Source: an uncultured Dehalococcoidia bacterium (GTDB lineage: Bacteria; Chloroflexota; Dehalococcoidia; Lucifugimonadales; CAJWER01). From it: a stretch of 64,000 bases of DNA. The stretch covers positions 31,256-95,255 of the forward strand of contig CAZSLO010000022.1 of assembly GCA_964608025.1 (NCBI GenBank), written 5' to 3'. The position numbers were made by a program, and so were the translations under genes. Shown piece by piece: positions 47,977-56,736 of this stretch. The notes beneath the pieces are model-generated. The model was not told the DNA's origin and did not search any database. It saw only the letters and a list, made by a program, of their open reading frames with translations. Numbering within the stretch: position 1 is the stretch's first letter; the number at the start of each line of letters is the position of its first letter.

Positions 47977-49656
47977 TTAGGAAGCTGGTATCAAAGGTAA
48001 TATCAATCGCGAAGGATATTCCCTATTATGATGGACGACCTGTCGTGCCGTGCGCATTTCCGTGTCCTTGCCATAGATATTTCCAGTGTTTAGATTCCGG
48101 TCGAATCTAGGAAAGTTGGACGACGATACCTCCAGTCTTAGGGAATGGCCCTTCCGAAACACGTTTCCTGTAACTCCTACTTCTATCTCGTATTCATACA
48201 CCTGATTGGCTATCAACGGCTTTGGGTCTGTCCTGCTCTCCCGAAACCTAGCCCTCAATATCCCATCGCACAAATTCATTGCATATCCAGAGGTCGATAC
48301 ATCCACGACCTTCGCCGTCCAGTCTGTGTCCGGTCCATCGGTCTCGGCATAAAGTATCAGCTTAATTGGGCCTGTGATCTCGGTATCTTGTTCAAAAGGA
48401 GATGATGTGAAGCAAAGGACATCTCCACGCATCTCGACTGCACGTTGGTCATATGGCCCCCAAGGAACAATGTCCGGTGTACAACAGTTGTTTCCACCGA
48501 CAGTTTGTACTGGATAATTTGGGTCATAAATGAAGTGGTCGGCCTTCTCTTCTCCAGGCGGTTCTTTTGATAAAGTCCCGTCTCCGCGCACTGAATTTGC
48601 TCTGCCATCCGAATGTAAATACCATTCCTGCCAATCTGTTCTAGCGAGCGGCCATTCATTTTCATCACGCCACTCATTGATACCCATGATGAAAAGTCGG
48701 ACCGGCGGCTCATCCATGATGCCATTATCAATTCCCTTAAGCCAGTAGTCGAACCAACGCAGCTCCAATCCCTCCAAATCAACCAAGGACTGGGCCCCAA
48801 AATCTATTTCGCCAGTCTTCCTAGATTGACTAAGATTATGGGGCCAAGGTCCTACAATAATCCTGCTCTGGCGAGTTTCCTTTGAGCCTCCTTCCGAAAG
48901 CTGTCCGGTGAAGTTGGTAAATGTATCGTTAGCGTATAGATCAAACCATCCTCCCATGTTCAAGGCGGGCACGGCGAATTCGCCCCACTTATCTTCTACA
49001 TCAATCTCATTCCAGTATTCATCATATTGTGAGTGATCAATCCAGTCCTTCCAGAATGGGAGATTACGCCCAACAACTTCGTCGAGTTCCCTGATCGGCA
49101 AGCCGCGAAATGCCTCGGTCCAATTATGGTAAGAAATATTCTGGGCAGTACGACCGTTTGTACGCATTCCCCATGTCATCGCTACGTTCAACATGAGGGC
49201 GCCCCCTGGATATACGAGGCCGCCAAAGAAGTCAGCACATATCACGCGCGGCGCAATACAAGTCAAATATTGGCTTCTATACGGAGCACTCAAAAGTTGT
49301 ACAAGACCACCATATGAACTGCCTGTCATGCCAATCTTTCCGTTACTCCATTCCTGGCCACCTATCCACTCCTGTGTATCGAATCCGTCCGGCCCGTCAT
49401 GATGAAATGGATAGTGATTTCCATCGGAATCCCAGCGTCCTCGAGTGTCCTGGGTCACATACACATACCCTTGGTTGGCAAACATTCTCGCTTTTTCCAC
49501 CTCAGCATCAGTATTGTTACCATAGGGAGTTCGGTGTAGCACCGTGGGAAATTTCCCAGAGGCTTTTGGAAGGTACAAATCGGAAGATAACTCTACGCCA
49601 TCGCGCATAGGTGTTTTTACATTCGAACGCAGTTCAACTTCATAAGTTTTTTTCAT
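47977..49656 (-). CDS. CocE/NonD-family alpha/beta hydrolase (S15 X-Pro dipeptidyl-peptidase-like), paralogue B
   Basis: LHRTPYG, nucleophile elbow GMTGSSYGG, C-terminal jelly-roll with RLEVSSSNFPRFDRNLNTG. 559 aa. Confidence 0.85.
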   Translation of the reverse strand: MKKTYEVELRSNVKTPMRDGVELSSDLYLPKASGKFPTVLHRTPYGNNTDAEVEKARMFANQGYVYVTQDTRGRWDSDGNHYPFHHDGPDGFDTQEWIGGQEWSNGKIGMTGSSYGGLVQLLSAPYRSQYLTCIAPRVICADFFGGLVYPGGALMLNVAMTWGMRTNGRTAQNISYHNWTEAFRGLPIRELDEVVGRNLPFWKDWIDHSQYDEYWNEIDVEDKWGEFAVPALNMGGWFDLYANDTFTNFTGQLSEGGSKETRQSRIIVGPWPHNLSQSRKTGEIDFGAQSLVDLEGLELRWFDYWLKGIDNGIMDEPPVRLFIMGINEWRDENEWPLARTDWQEWYLHSDGRANSVRGDGTLSKEPPGEEKADHFIYDPNYPVQTVGGNNCCTPDIVPWGPYDQRAVEMRGDVLCFTSSPFEQDTEITGPIKLILYAETDGPDTDWTAKVVDVSTSGYAMNLCDGILRARFRESRTDPKPLIANQVYEYEIEVGVTGNVFRKGHSLRLEVSSSNFPRFDRNLNTGNIYGKDTEMRTARQVVHHNREYPSRLILPLIPAS

Positions 49657-49779
49657 AGCAACTCCCTTATATTCATTGAAGGCTTATGGGTATATGGTTT
49701 CGCGATTTCAATTATTGAAGATACATCGGCAGTGTAGGTATGGCATTATGAACCTGTCAACGTACCTAAAGAGGATGCC

Positions 49780-51039
49780 TTAGTTACTACTTCCACGTAT
49801 GGTCCCGTCCCGGCCAATTGGCACCGGGATCGCGGCTTTTGTCGCCCCGGGCTTGGGAAGAGGCCAAGGTCCTATCGATGTGCCCATAGGACGTGATCCT
49901 TCGGGACGAATCGGAGAAGAATTCGATGCCTGGTAGGAAATATCAAGTTGGGGAGTCTTTACGACAGCTCCTCCTGATCCATTGGAAATCATCGCAGCCT
50001 CTAGAATACCTGTTGTGAGATAGGTCCTTTCGACAGGGGTAGGCGGCTTCCCTGTCAGGAAAAATTCCTCGATATTCAATCCCAAGTACCCGAAGGCAGC
50101 TTGGGCAGGGCCCGAGTCGATATGATATTCGACAACATCAATTTGTTGGCTACGGCGGCCAGCATACGCGAACTTAGTAATGTATCCCGTGTCACCAAGC
50201 ATCGGAATTGCTGCCCGGAAACCATCCCGGTAATCGATCAGAAAAATGTGAGGATCATCGATTTGAGATGGTTCTATAGAATCTGGTCCAGCCTTGATCG
50301 CGCCAACCGCTTTCTCGGCTAGTTCCCTAGACCATTGGCCTTGCTCTGCAGATCGCCAGACCTCGGCTCCTGATAGGCATTGCACCGACCGAACACCTGT
50401 TTCACCACCAACACGGCGCTCCACCTGACACTGGAGTGCCTCTATCGCATGAAACCCATACCGTTCAAGCATATGGAATCCCACAGATACTGCCTCGTCT
50501 AGTTTTTCTCCCAAAGGGTGGTCGAAGTTGGGGGATCTCCAGCTTACAGGAACGGCCGAAGCTGCCCATATGGGAATCCCTTGTTCAATAGCAGTCTCAT
50601 ACATCCAACGTGCATCGTCCCATCTATACGCCAAGTGCTTGTCCGAGAAAATAGGTATCGGCCGTCCCATTTCGCCAATCACTCCTGCCACCTGCTCGAA
50701 AAAATAGCGTCGGGGTAGCATTTCTTGACCAAGCTGGCTGCGAGGATAGTCTCCATGCTCTCCTATAATGAGGACCGCATCAACGGCAAGTCGGCTGGTT
50801 CCTAAGGTAAGGGCACCACGAATACTTTCATAAAGGACAACACTATGTTCTTGGGCAATCTGACGACCAATGTCTTGTTCATGTATCTGATCTATGTACA
50901 TTGAGACTATGCGCGTGCGAGGTGAGATAAGTCCTTCATCTGTGGGAAATCCCCGCAAAAACTTCGTCACAATTACAGCGGCATGGCTTCTTGGTGGGTA
51001 TGACGTGACAATAGCAGCTATTTGAAAAGGTTTTTCCAT
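49780..51039 (-). CDS. Hypothetical protein (419 aa); possibly a Gfo/Idh/MocA-like fold lacking the GxGxxG motif, with a Pro-rich tail
   Basis: Long ORF with AGGAG SD 8 nt upstream. Strand pattern IAAIVT / VDAVLIIGEHGDYP / IPIFSDKHLA resembles Gfo/Idh/MocA topology, but no dinucleotide-binding glycines. Confidence 0.6.
   Translation of the reverse strand: MEKPFQIAAIVTSYPPRSHAAVIVTKFLRGFPTDEGLISPRTRIVSMYIDQIHEQDIGRQIAQEHSVVLYESIRGALTLGTSRLAVDAVLIIGEHGDYPRSQLGQEMLPRRYFFEQVAGVIGEMGRPIPIFSDKHLAYRWDDARWMYETAIEQGIPIWAASAVPVSWRSPNFDHPLGEKLDEAVSVGFHMLERYGFHAIEALQCQVERRVGGETGVRSVQCLSGAEVWRSAEQGQWSRELAEKAVGAIKAGPDSIEPSQIDDPHIFLIDYRDGFRAAIPMLGDTGYITKFAYAGRRSQQIDVVEYHIDSGPAQAAFGYLGLNIEEFFLTGKPPTPVERTYLTTGILEAAMISNGSGGAVVKTPQLDISYQASNSSPIRPEGSRPMGTSIGPWPLPKPGATKAAIPVPIGRDGTIRGSSN
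50422..50447. repeat. Copy 2 of the 26-nt exact repeat, inside the 419-aa hypothetical gene (encodes IEALQCQV)
   Basis: Identical to 37622-37647, in the same orientation. Confidence 0.95.
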
Positions 51040-51134
51040 CCGCCAACACTCCTAATCACTCAATGTTTACTTCTAGTTGTCTATAATCAACAGTGGACCA
51101 TAGGCTGTCTTAGTGACACAAATAGAAATATGAT

Positions 51135-52814
51135 TTATGAATCTTTTAACACAGGCAAGATAAGCCGAGACGGCAGTTGCGGGCCATGATATATGGTTTG
51201 GCTCGCTATGTTCATTTCTGCATCTAATCCTGGTTGTGTTCCAGTATTTTGGTTTCTCTCATAACGCGGGAAGTTGGAGCTGGAAACCTCGAGGCGTATG
51301 CGATGCCCTGACTTAAACAAGTTCGCCGTGCTCCACATATCAATTGATATCTCATAGATTTCTTCTGGCTCGATTAAGCTGGGTCGCTCAATCGATTCCC
51401 GAAATCTGGTCCGTGCTATCCCTTCAGTCAACATAACTGATTTGCCATCTGGATAGACATCCGATAAAACCCCCGTAAAGTCCGTGTCCCGGGCACTCGA
51501 AGAAGCATGAATGGTCAGCGTGACAGGCCCAACAACTTCGAGGTCTTCATCGAGAAGGCCCGTCTCATACACCAAAACATCGTCCCTTAACTGTAATGCC
51601 CTGCGATCCGCCGGCCCTCCCTGCTCCATCATCATGAATTGTCCACCCAGTGTAGGAACCGGATCTCTGGGGTCATAGGTAAAATGATCATGCGCTTGAT
51701 TAATGGGAAGTTCAAAAGACAGTAATCCATCGCCATGCAAGGTGTTAGCGCCGCGATCTGAATCAAGGTAGAGGTGCCGATAATTAGCTTGTTGAAGAGG
51801 CCAGGTGTCGCCAGTTCTCCAACGATTCGCACCCATAACAAAAACGTTTACTCGCGGCTCTTCGTCAATCCCGTTCTCTATCCCTCTAAGCCGTTTATCA
51901 TTCCATCTAATTTGTTCATTTACGATATCTACAAAAGCATTGCCGCCGAAATCAATTGCACCAAAACGCTGACTGTCGCCCATGTTTCGATGGCTCCAGG
52001 GACCTATCATTAGCTTGGTTAGCCGACGTGCATCCTCCGTTCTAGCTTCATTGATCCAGCCTTGAAAGAGTTTGCAAGTCTCCTGAACCAAGTTGTCATA
52101 CCAACCAGTGATGAAATAAGCTGGGGTTTCGATCTCAGAATATTTGTACCGCATCGAGTAGGATTTCCAAAATTCATCGAAGGCGTGGTGGCGAACCACT
52201 TCCCGGTAGAACTCTAGATCCACGATATCGTCCATTGCAGAAACAAGTGGCAGCCTATTATAAATCTCATCCCAATTCATTAGGGCAGTAGCCGCACGTT
52301 TATTAGTCCTGCCAGCCATATTGATAAAGAATTGAGCTACGTGTTGCTGTAAAACACCATTGACTCGCTGATGCCCAAAATTGTCCTGCTGAGATGCGAT
52401 GGGGGCGATTGCCTTAAGATACTCGCTTCTTTGGATGGCCGATTGGTGCTGCGTGAAGCCCAAATATGAAACTCCGTACATGCCAACATTGCCATCACAC
52501 CAAGGCTGAGACCCTATCCATTCAATCGTGTCATGGCCATCATCTTCCTCATGAATGTAGGGTTCCCAAGCCCCATCTGAATCATTTCGGCCCCGGCAAT
52601 CCTGCATCACGCAGGTATACCCGGCATCAACGAAACGCTTGGTCCATTCAACATATCGCTCAGCTTGTTTATCGTATATCGTCCGGACCAAGAGCACAGG
52701 AAACGGGCCACCAGTAGGCGGCCAATAAATATCGGCTGACAGGAGCACCCCGTCCCTCATAGGAATTTTAACATCCATCCGGATGTTTATAGACTGCCTC
52801 ATCATGCCCGCCAT
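51135..52814 (-). CDS. CocE/NonD-family alpha/beta hydrolase, paralogue A
   Basis: LVRTIYD, nucleophile elbow GMYGVSYLG, C-terminal RLEVSSSNFPRYERNQNTG. Also 559 aa. Confidence 0.85.
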   Translation of the reverse strand: MAGMMRQSINIRMDVKIPMRDGVLLSADIYWPPTGGPFPVLLVRTIYDKQAERYVEWTKRFVDAGYTCVMQDCRGRNDSDGAWEPYIHEEDDGHDTIEWIGSQPWCDGNVGMYGVSYLGFTQHQSAIQRSEYLKAIAPIASQQDNFGHQRVNGVLQQHVAQFFINMAGRTNKRAATALMNWDEIYNRLPLVSAMDDIVDLEFYREVVRHHAFDEFWKSYSMRYKYSEIETPAYFITGWYDNLVQETCKLFQGWINEARTEDARRLTKLMIGPWSHRNMGDSQRFGAIDFGGNAFVDIVNEQIRWNDKRLRGIENGIDEEPRVNVFVMGANRWRTGDTWPLQQANYRHLYLDSDRGANTLHGDGLLSFELPINQAHDHFTYDPRDPVPTLGGQFMMMEQGGPADRRALQLRDDVLVYETGLLDEDLEVVGPVTLTIHASSSARDTDFTGVLSDVYPDGKSVMLTEGIARTRFRESIERPSLIEPEEIYEISIDMWSTANLFKSGHRIRLEVSSSNFPRYERNQNTGTQPGLDAEMNIASQTIYHGPQLPSRLILPVLKDS

Positions 52815-52908
52815 CTTGACCTCTCCTATCTCCAGAATTCTATCCCTCCCTTCCTGTCAAGCACAATGTCATTTACCAATAATATTCCCGCGGCAATACT
52901 ATAGGTGA

Positions 52909-52920
52909 ACCTAGCTAGGT
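52909..52920. promoter_or_regulatory. Perfect 12-bp palindrome ACCTAGCTAGGT in the divergent promoter region (candidate operator)
   Basis: Self-complementary. Extra TAGGTG half-sites at 52902-52907 and 52952-52957. Confidence 0.35.
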
Positions 52921-52992
52921 AGTTTTGTTACCATCGTAGAACTCGTTGAACTAGGTGCTATGCTCATATTCAACACTCTGGAGACAGGATCA

Positions 52993-54189
52993 ATGAAGAC
53001 TTACCGAGTAGCAATTATTGGGTGTGGACATAGAGGAACTCAGGCTGCCCTTGCCTACCAAGAGCATCCTCGCACGGAGGTGGTCGCTTTATGTGACCTG
53101 GTATCCACGCTACGAGACAATCTTGGCGATAACATCGGTGTTTCAGCTAGATACGAAGATCTCGATAAAATGATCCTTGACACCCAGCCTGATATTGTCG
53201 CAATACCCACCGGGACCGAGCTCCACCACGACTTGTGTATGCGCGTCTTAGAACATGGAGTAAACATCGAGGTCGAAAAACCTATAGCGGTCAACCTAAG
53301 CGAAGCTGACTCAATTATCGCAAAAGCTAACGACCATGGCGTTACAGTCGCCGTACATCATCAAGGCCGCCTTGGCTCTTCAGCAAAGGCAATAGAATGC
53401 GCCTACTCACAAGGCCGAATTGGCGAAGTAAGGTATATGGTTGGAAGCGGCAAGGGTTACTATGGAGGCTACGGCCTTATGAACATCGGCACACATATAT
53501 TAAACAACATCATGAAGTTTGGAGGACATTGCCGTGCGGTTACAGCCGTCTCTTCAACAAACGGACACCCCATTACACCAGAGGATGTTGTTGCTTCACC
53601 AAGCGGAATGGGGACTATCGCCGGTGAATATATATCCGCCAGCCTTATGCTAGAAAACAACGTTACCGCCACCCTATTGCAACATAGATTTAATGAGATC
53701 GCCCCGACTGGGCACACTTTTGAGATTTATGGAACTGAGGGCCGTATCTTTTACCAAGGCCATGAGGCTGCATGGCTACTACCAAATCCACATACTCGCC
53801 CTGGCGGGAAACAAGACTCCTGGGAATCTCTTGAACCTGTATTTCCAGCCCATTACAACGAAAATGGTCGATCAGACGTAAACGATTATTGGTTCGTAGA
53901 AGAATACGTCCAAGCCCTGGATGATAAACGTGATCATGAATGCAGCGGGAGCGAGGCAATACACGCCCTAGAGATTATTATGGGGATATTTGAGTCAACT
54001 GTTTACAGCCAGACTGTCAAATTGCCTCAGTCAAGACGGGACCATCCTCTACTACGGTGGCGCGGGGCAAATGGGCTAGGCTCACCTGATTCGATGCCTC
54101 GCCCATACCAAGAGTGGCTCGCTATGGAAGACCATCGACTAAAAAATAGAGATCCTATCGAGACAAATAGATTCGCTTTGCAATACTGA
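52993..54189 (+). CDS. Gfo/Idh/MocA-family oxidoreductase
   Basis: MKTYRVAIIGCGHRGT Rossmann motif and EKPIA motif. ATG 52993 preferred over the track start 52960. Confidence 0.8.
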   Translation: MKTYRVAIIGCGHRGTQAALAYQEHPRTEVVALCDLVSTLRDNLGDNIGVSARYEDLDKMILDTQPDIVAIPTGTELHHDLCMRVLEHGVNIEVEKPIAVNLSEADSIIAKANDHGVTVAVHHQGRLGSSAKAIECAYSQGRIGEVRYMVGSGKGYYGGYGLMNIGTHILNNIMKFGGHCRAVTAVSSTNGHPITPEDVVASPSGMGTIAGEYISASLMLENNVTATLLQHRFNEIAPTGHTFEIYGTEGRIFYQGHEAAWLLPNPHTRPGGKQDSWESLEPVFPAHYNENGRSDVNDYWFVEEYVQALDDKRDHECSGSEAIHALEIIMGIFESTVYSQTVKLPQSRRDHPLLRWRGANGLGSPDSMPRPYQEWLAMEDHRLKNRDPIETNRFALQY

Positions 54190-54324
54190 GCTATCCGGAA
54201 GAAAGTGCTTAAAATAATAGCTGTCTATAAGAAATTGTCGGCAATAATCGACCTCATCCAGAATCTTGCGTTGGCTCGAAGTGACGTATAATGGATTTCG
54301 TCCGATCCTGCAGGTGGTCATCGG

Positions 54325-55209
54325 GTGAAAAACAAAACGAAATTAGGTGCTATTTTCCCACAAACGGAAATAGGCTCCGACAGGCTAGCTATAAGAGACT
54401 ATGCTCAAGCAGCAGAAGAACTTGGCTACGACTTCATCCTGGCATTCGACCATGTTGTTGGGGCCAATCCCGATAGCAGGGCAGGCTGGAGGGGCGTATA
54501 CAGCCATAGTGATTCGTTCCATGAGCCACTGGTTCTATTTGGCTATCTGGCAGCTATCACCGACACAATAGGCCTTGCCACAGGCATCATTATATTGCCC
54601 CAACGCCAGACGGTACTCGTCGCAAAACAGGCCGCCGGCGTTGATGTGCTAAGCGGCGGCAGGTTACGTCTAGGAATTGGTATCGGCTGGAATCAAGTCG
54701 AATACGAAGCACTGGGAGAAGATTTTGTAAATCGTGGACGGCGTTCCGAGGAACAAATCGAGTTGATGCGAGAACTTTGGTGTAAAGAACTTGTTACCTA
54801 TAAGGGGCGCTGGCACCGGATTACCGACGCCGGGATCAACCCAATGCCAATACAACGCCCAATACCGATATGGTTCGGAGGCAAAGACAGCCGTGTCCTT
54901 CGCCGTATAGGAAGCATGGGTGATGGCTGGATATCGAATCTCCGAAGCCCTGATGATGAGGCCAGACAAATCATAAACGACATCTTGAATTATGCTAGCG
55001 AATCCGGGAGAAATCCCGACGAAATCGGCATCGAGGCATGGGTATCCCTAAGAAATATGTCACCAGAGCAAGCTGTTGTTGAAGCACGGGCGTGGGCCAA
55101 AATAGGCGCAACTCATATTTCAATAAACACGATGAATGCTGGCCTAAAATCTCCAAAGGACCATATTGAAGCGATCCGCAGATTCAAAACCGCATCAGAA
55201 AATATCTAA
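54325..55209 (+). CDS. Luciferase-like monooxygenase family, F420-dependent oxidoreductase type (TIGR03619-like)
   Basis: LGAIFPQTEIG...DYAQAAEELGYDFILAFDHV N-terminus and LRLGIGIGWNQVEY are typical of this LLM subgroup. AGGTGG SD before the GTG. Confidence 0.75.
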   Translation: MKNKTKLGAIFPQTEIGSDRLAIRDYAQAAEELGYDFILAFDHVVGANPDSRAGWRGVYSHSDSFHEPLVLFGYLAAITDTIGLATGIIILPQRQTVLVAKQAAGVDVLSGGRLRLGIGIGWNQVEYEALGEDFVNRGRRSEEQIELMRELWCKELVTYKGRWHRITDAGINPMPIQRPIPIWFGGKDSRVLRRIGSMGDGWISNLRSPDDEARQIINDILNYASESGRNPDEIGIEAWVSLRNMSPEQAVVEARAWAKIGATHISINTMNAGLKSPKDHIEAIRRFKTASENI

Positions 55210-55270
55210 CTAGGTTTTCAACCCATCATATGGAGTTTCAATCATTACACCAGACCTAAAAAAGACTCCC

Positions 55271-56341
55271 TTGCATAGTGTCCACCAATCTCTTTCTGGC
55301 CGCATGGTTCCCTTCGCTGGCTGGGATATGCCAGTTCAATATTCAAGTATTTTAGACGAGGCACGTGCAGTTAGATCGAATGCAGGCCTTTTCGATGTCT
55401 CCCATATGGGACGATTCGAGTTAAAGGGAGCCGACGCAGCTACTCTTTTGAATCGAATCTTCAGTTCTGACGTCCAGAAGCTGCAAATTGGTCGTGCGCG
55501 CTACGGGTTAATATGCAACAAGGAGGGTGGCATAATTGATGACGCAATCCTCTACCGGTTGGGGGAGGAGCGATTCTTATTAGTGCCGAATGCCGGAAAC
55601 TCGGACTCCGTTTCTGATTGGATAAACTGCTGGAGTAAAGCCTCAGACCAGGTCAATCTTGAAATCGTGACATCTCAGTTCGCGATGATCGCGCTTCAGG
55701 GGCCAAGCTCCTCAAAGATATTATCCCGTCTGACAAGTTATCCTTTAAATTCCATCAGGCCTTTTCGGGCCATAGAGACTATGGTCTCAGAATCTCCTGC
55801 GATCATCGCTCGAACCGGCTATTCAGGCGAGGATGGTTTCGAGCTTATGGTCCCAGCCCTAGACTCACCGATGGTATGGCAACGCTTGGCCGAAATAGGC
55901 GCTGTGCCTTGTGGCCTAGGATCCAGAGACGTTCTCAGGCTTGAAGCTGGCCTACCACTCCACGGGAATGATATCAATGCCGACACTAACCCATACGAGG
56001 CTGGTTTAGGAAAATTTGTCGACCCTGACCGCAAAGACTATGTGGCAAGAGAAGCCCTAGTTGATATCCATAGAGGCAAGTCAAGGCGAAAACTGGTCGG
56101 ATTCAATATGGTCGGGAGGGGGATAGCTCGACAGGACCAGGTAATTATGTCGGGAGAAACCCGCGTAGGGATTGTCACGAGCGGAACCATATCTCCAACA
56201 CTTGACAGGGCTATTGGCATGGGCTATGTTCGGTCAGATCTGTCAAGCGCTAGTACCCAGCTTTACATCGACATCAGAGGGCGGTTGGTGGAGGCTGAAG
56301 TAACCAAGCTCCCCTTTTATTCTCGGAGAAAAAGCGAATGA
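55271..56341 (+). CDS. gcvT: Glycine cleavage system T protein (aminomethyltransferase); the true start is probably a few codons upstream
   Basis: RMVPFAGWDMPVQYSS, LFDVSHMGR, ARTGYSGEDGFEL. The conserved LKKTPL N-terminus lies upstream of the TTG used by the ORF track. Confidence 0.92.
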   Translation: MHSVHQSLSGRMVPFAGWDMPVQYSSILDEARAVRSNAGLFDVSHMGRFELKGADAATLLNRIFSSDVQKLQIGRARYGLICNKEGGIIDDAILYRLGEERFLLVPNAGNSDSVSDWINCWSKASDQVNLEIVTSQFAMIALQGPSSSKILSRLTSYPLNSIRPFRAIETMVSESPAIIARTGYSGEDGFELMVPALDSPMVWQRLAEIGAVPCGLGSRDVLRLEAGLPLHGNDINADTNPYEAGLGKFVDPDRKDYVAREALVDIHRGKSRRKLVGFNMVGRGIARQDQVIMSGETRVGIVTSGTISPTLDRAIGMGYVRSDLSSASTQLYIDIRGRLVEAEVTKLPFYSRRKSE

Positions 56342-56727
56342 AAAACCCCGACGATCGCAAATATATCAAGGATCACGATTGGGTAAAGATAGGACCTGAC
56401 GGCTTAGCTATTTTTGGAATCACTGACTACGCCCAAGATAGCCTCGGAGATGTAGTATTCGTCGAACTTCCAAATTCTGGCTCAGAAATCTCCCAATCAA
56501 CTTCCTTCGGGGAAATTGAATCGGTTAAGGCGGTCTCGGAGCTTATCGCCCCTGTTAGCGGAACAGTCACAGATCGGAACGATGCGGTCGTTGACACCCC
56601 AGAGCTCGTTAACACCTCCCCCTACGAGGATGGCTGGCTTCTCAAGGTAAAGATGTCTGATGCTTCTGAAATCGAAGGCCTTATGACCGCAGATGAGTAT
56701 GAATCTTTTCTTGCAAACGAGGTCTAG
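56338..56727 (+). CDS. gcvH: Glycine cleavage system H protein
   Basis: Lipoyl-lysine motif EIESVKAVSEL. ATGA overlap with the gcvT stop. Confidence 0.93.
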   Translation: MKNPDDRKYIKDHDWVKIGPDGLAIFGITDYAQDSLGDVVFVELPNSGSEISQSTSFGEIESVKAVSELIAPVSGTVTDRNDAVVDTPELVNTSPYEDGWLLKVKMSDASEIEGLMTADEYESFLANEV

Positions 56728-56736
56728 TAGCTTTCG

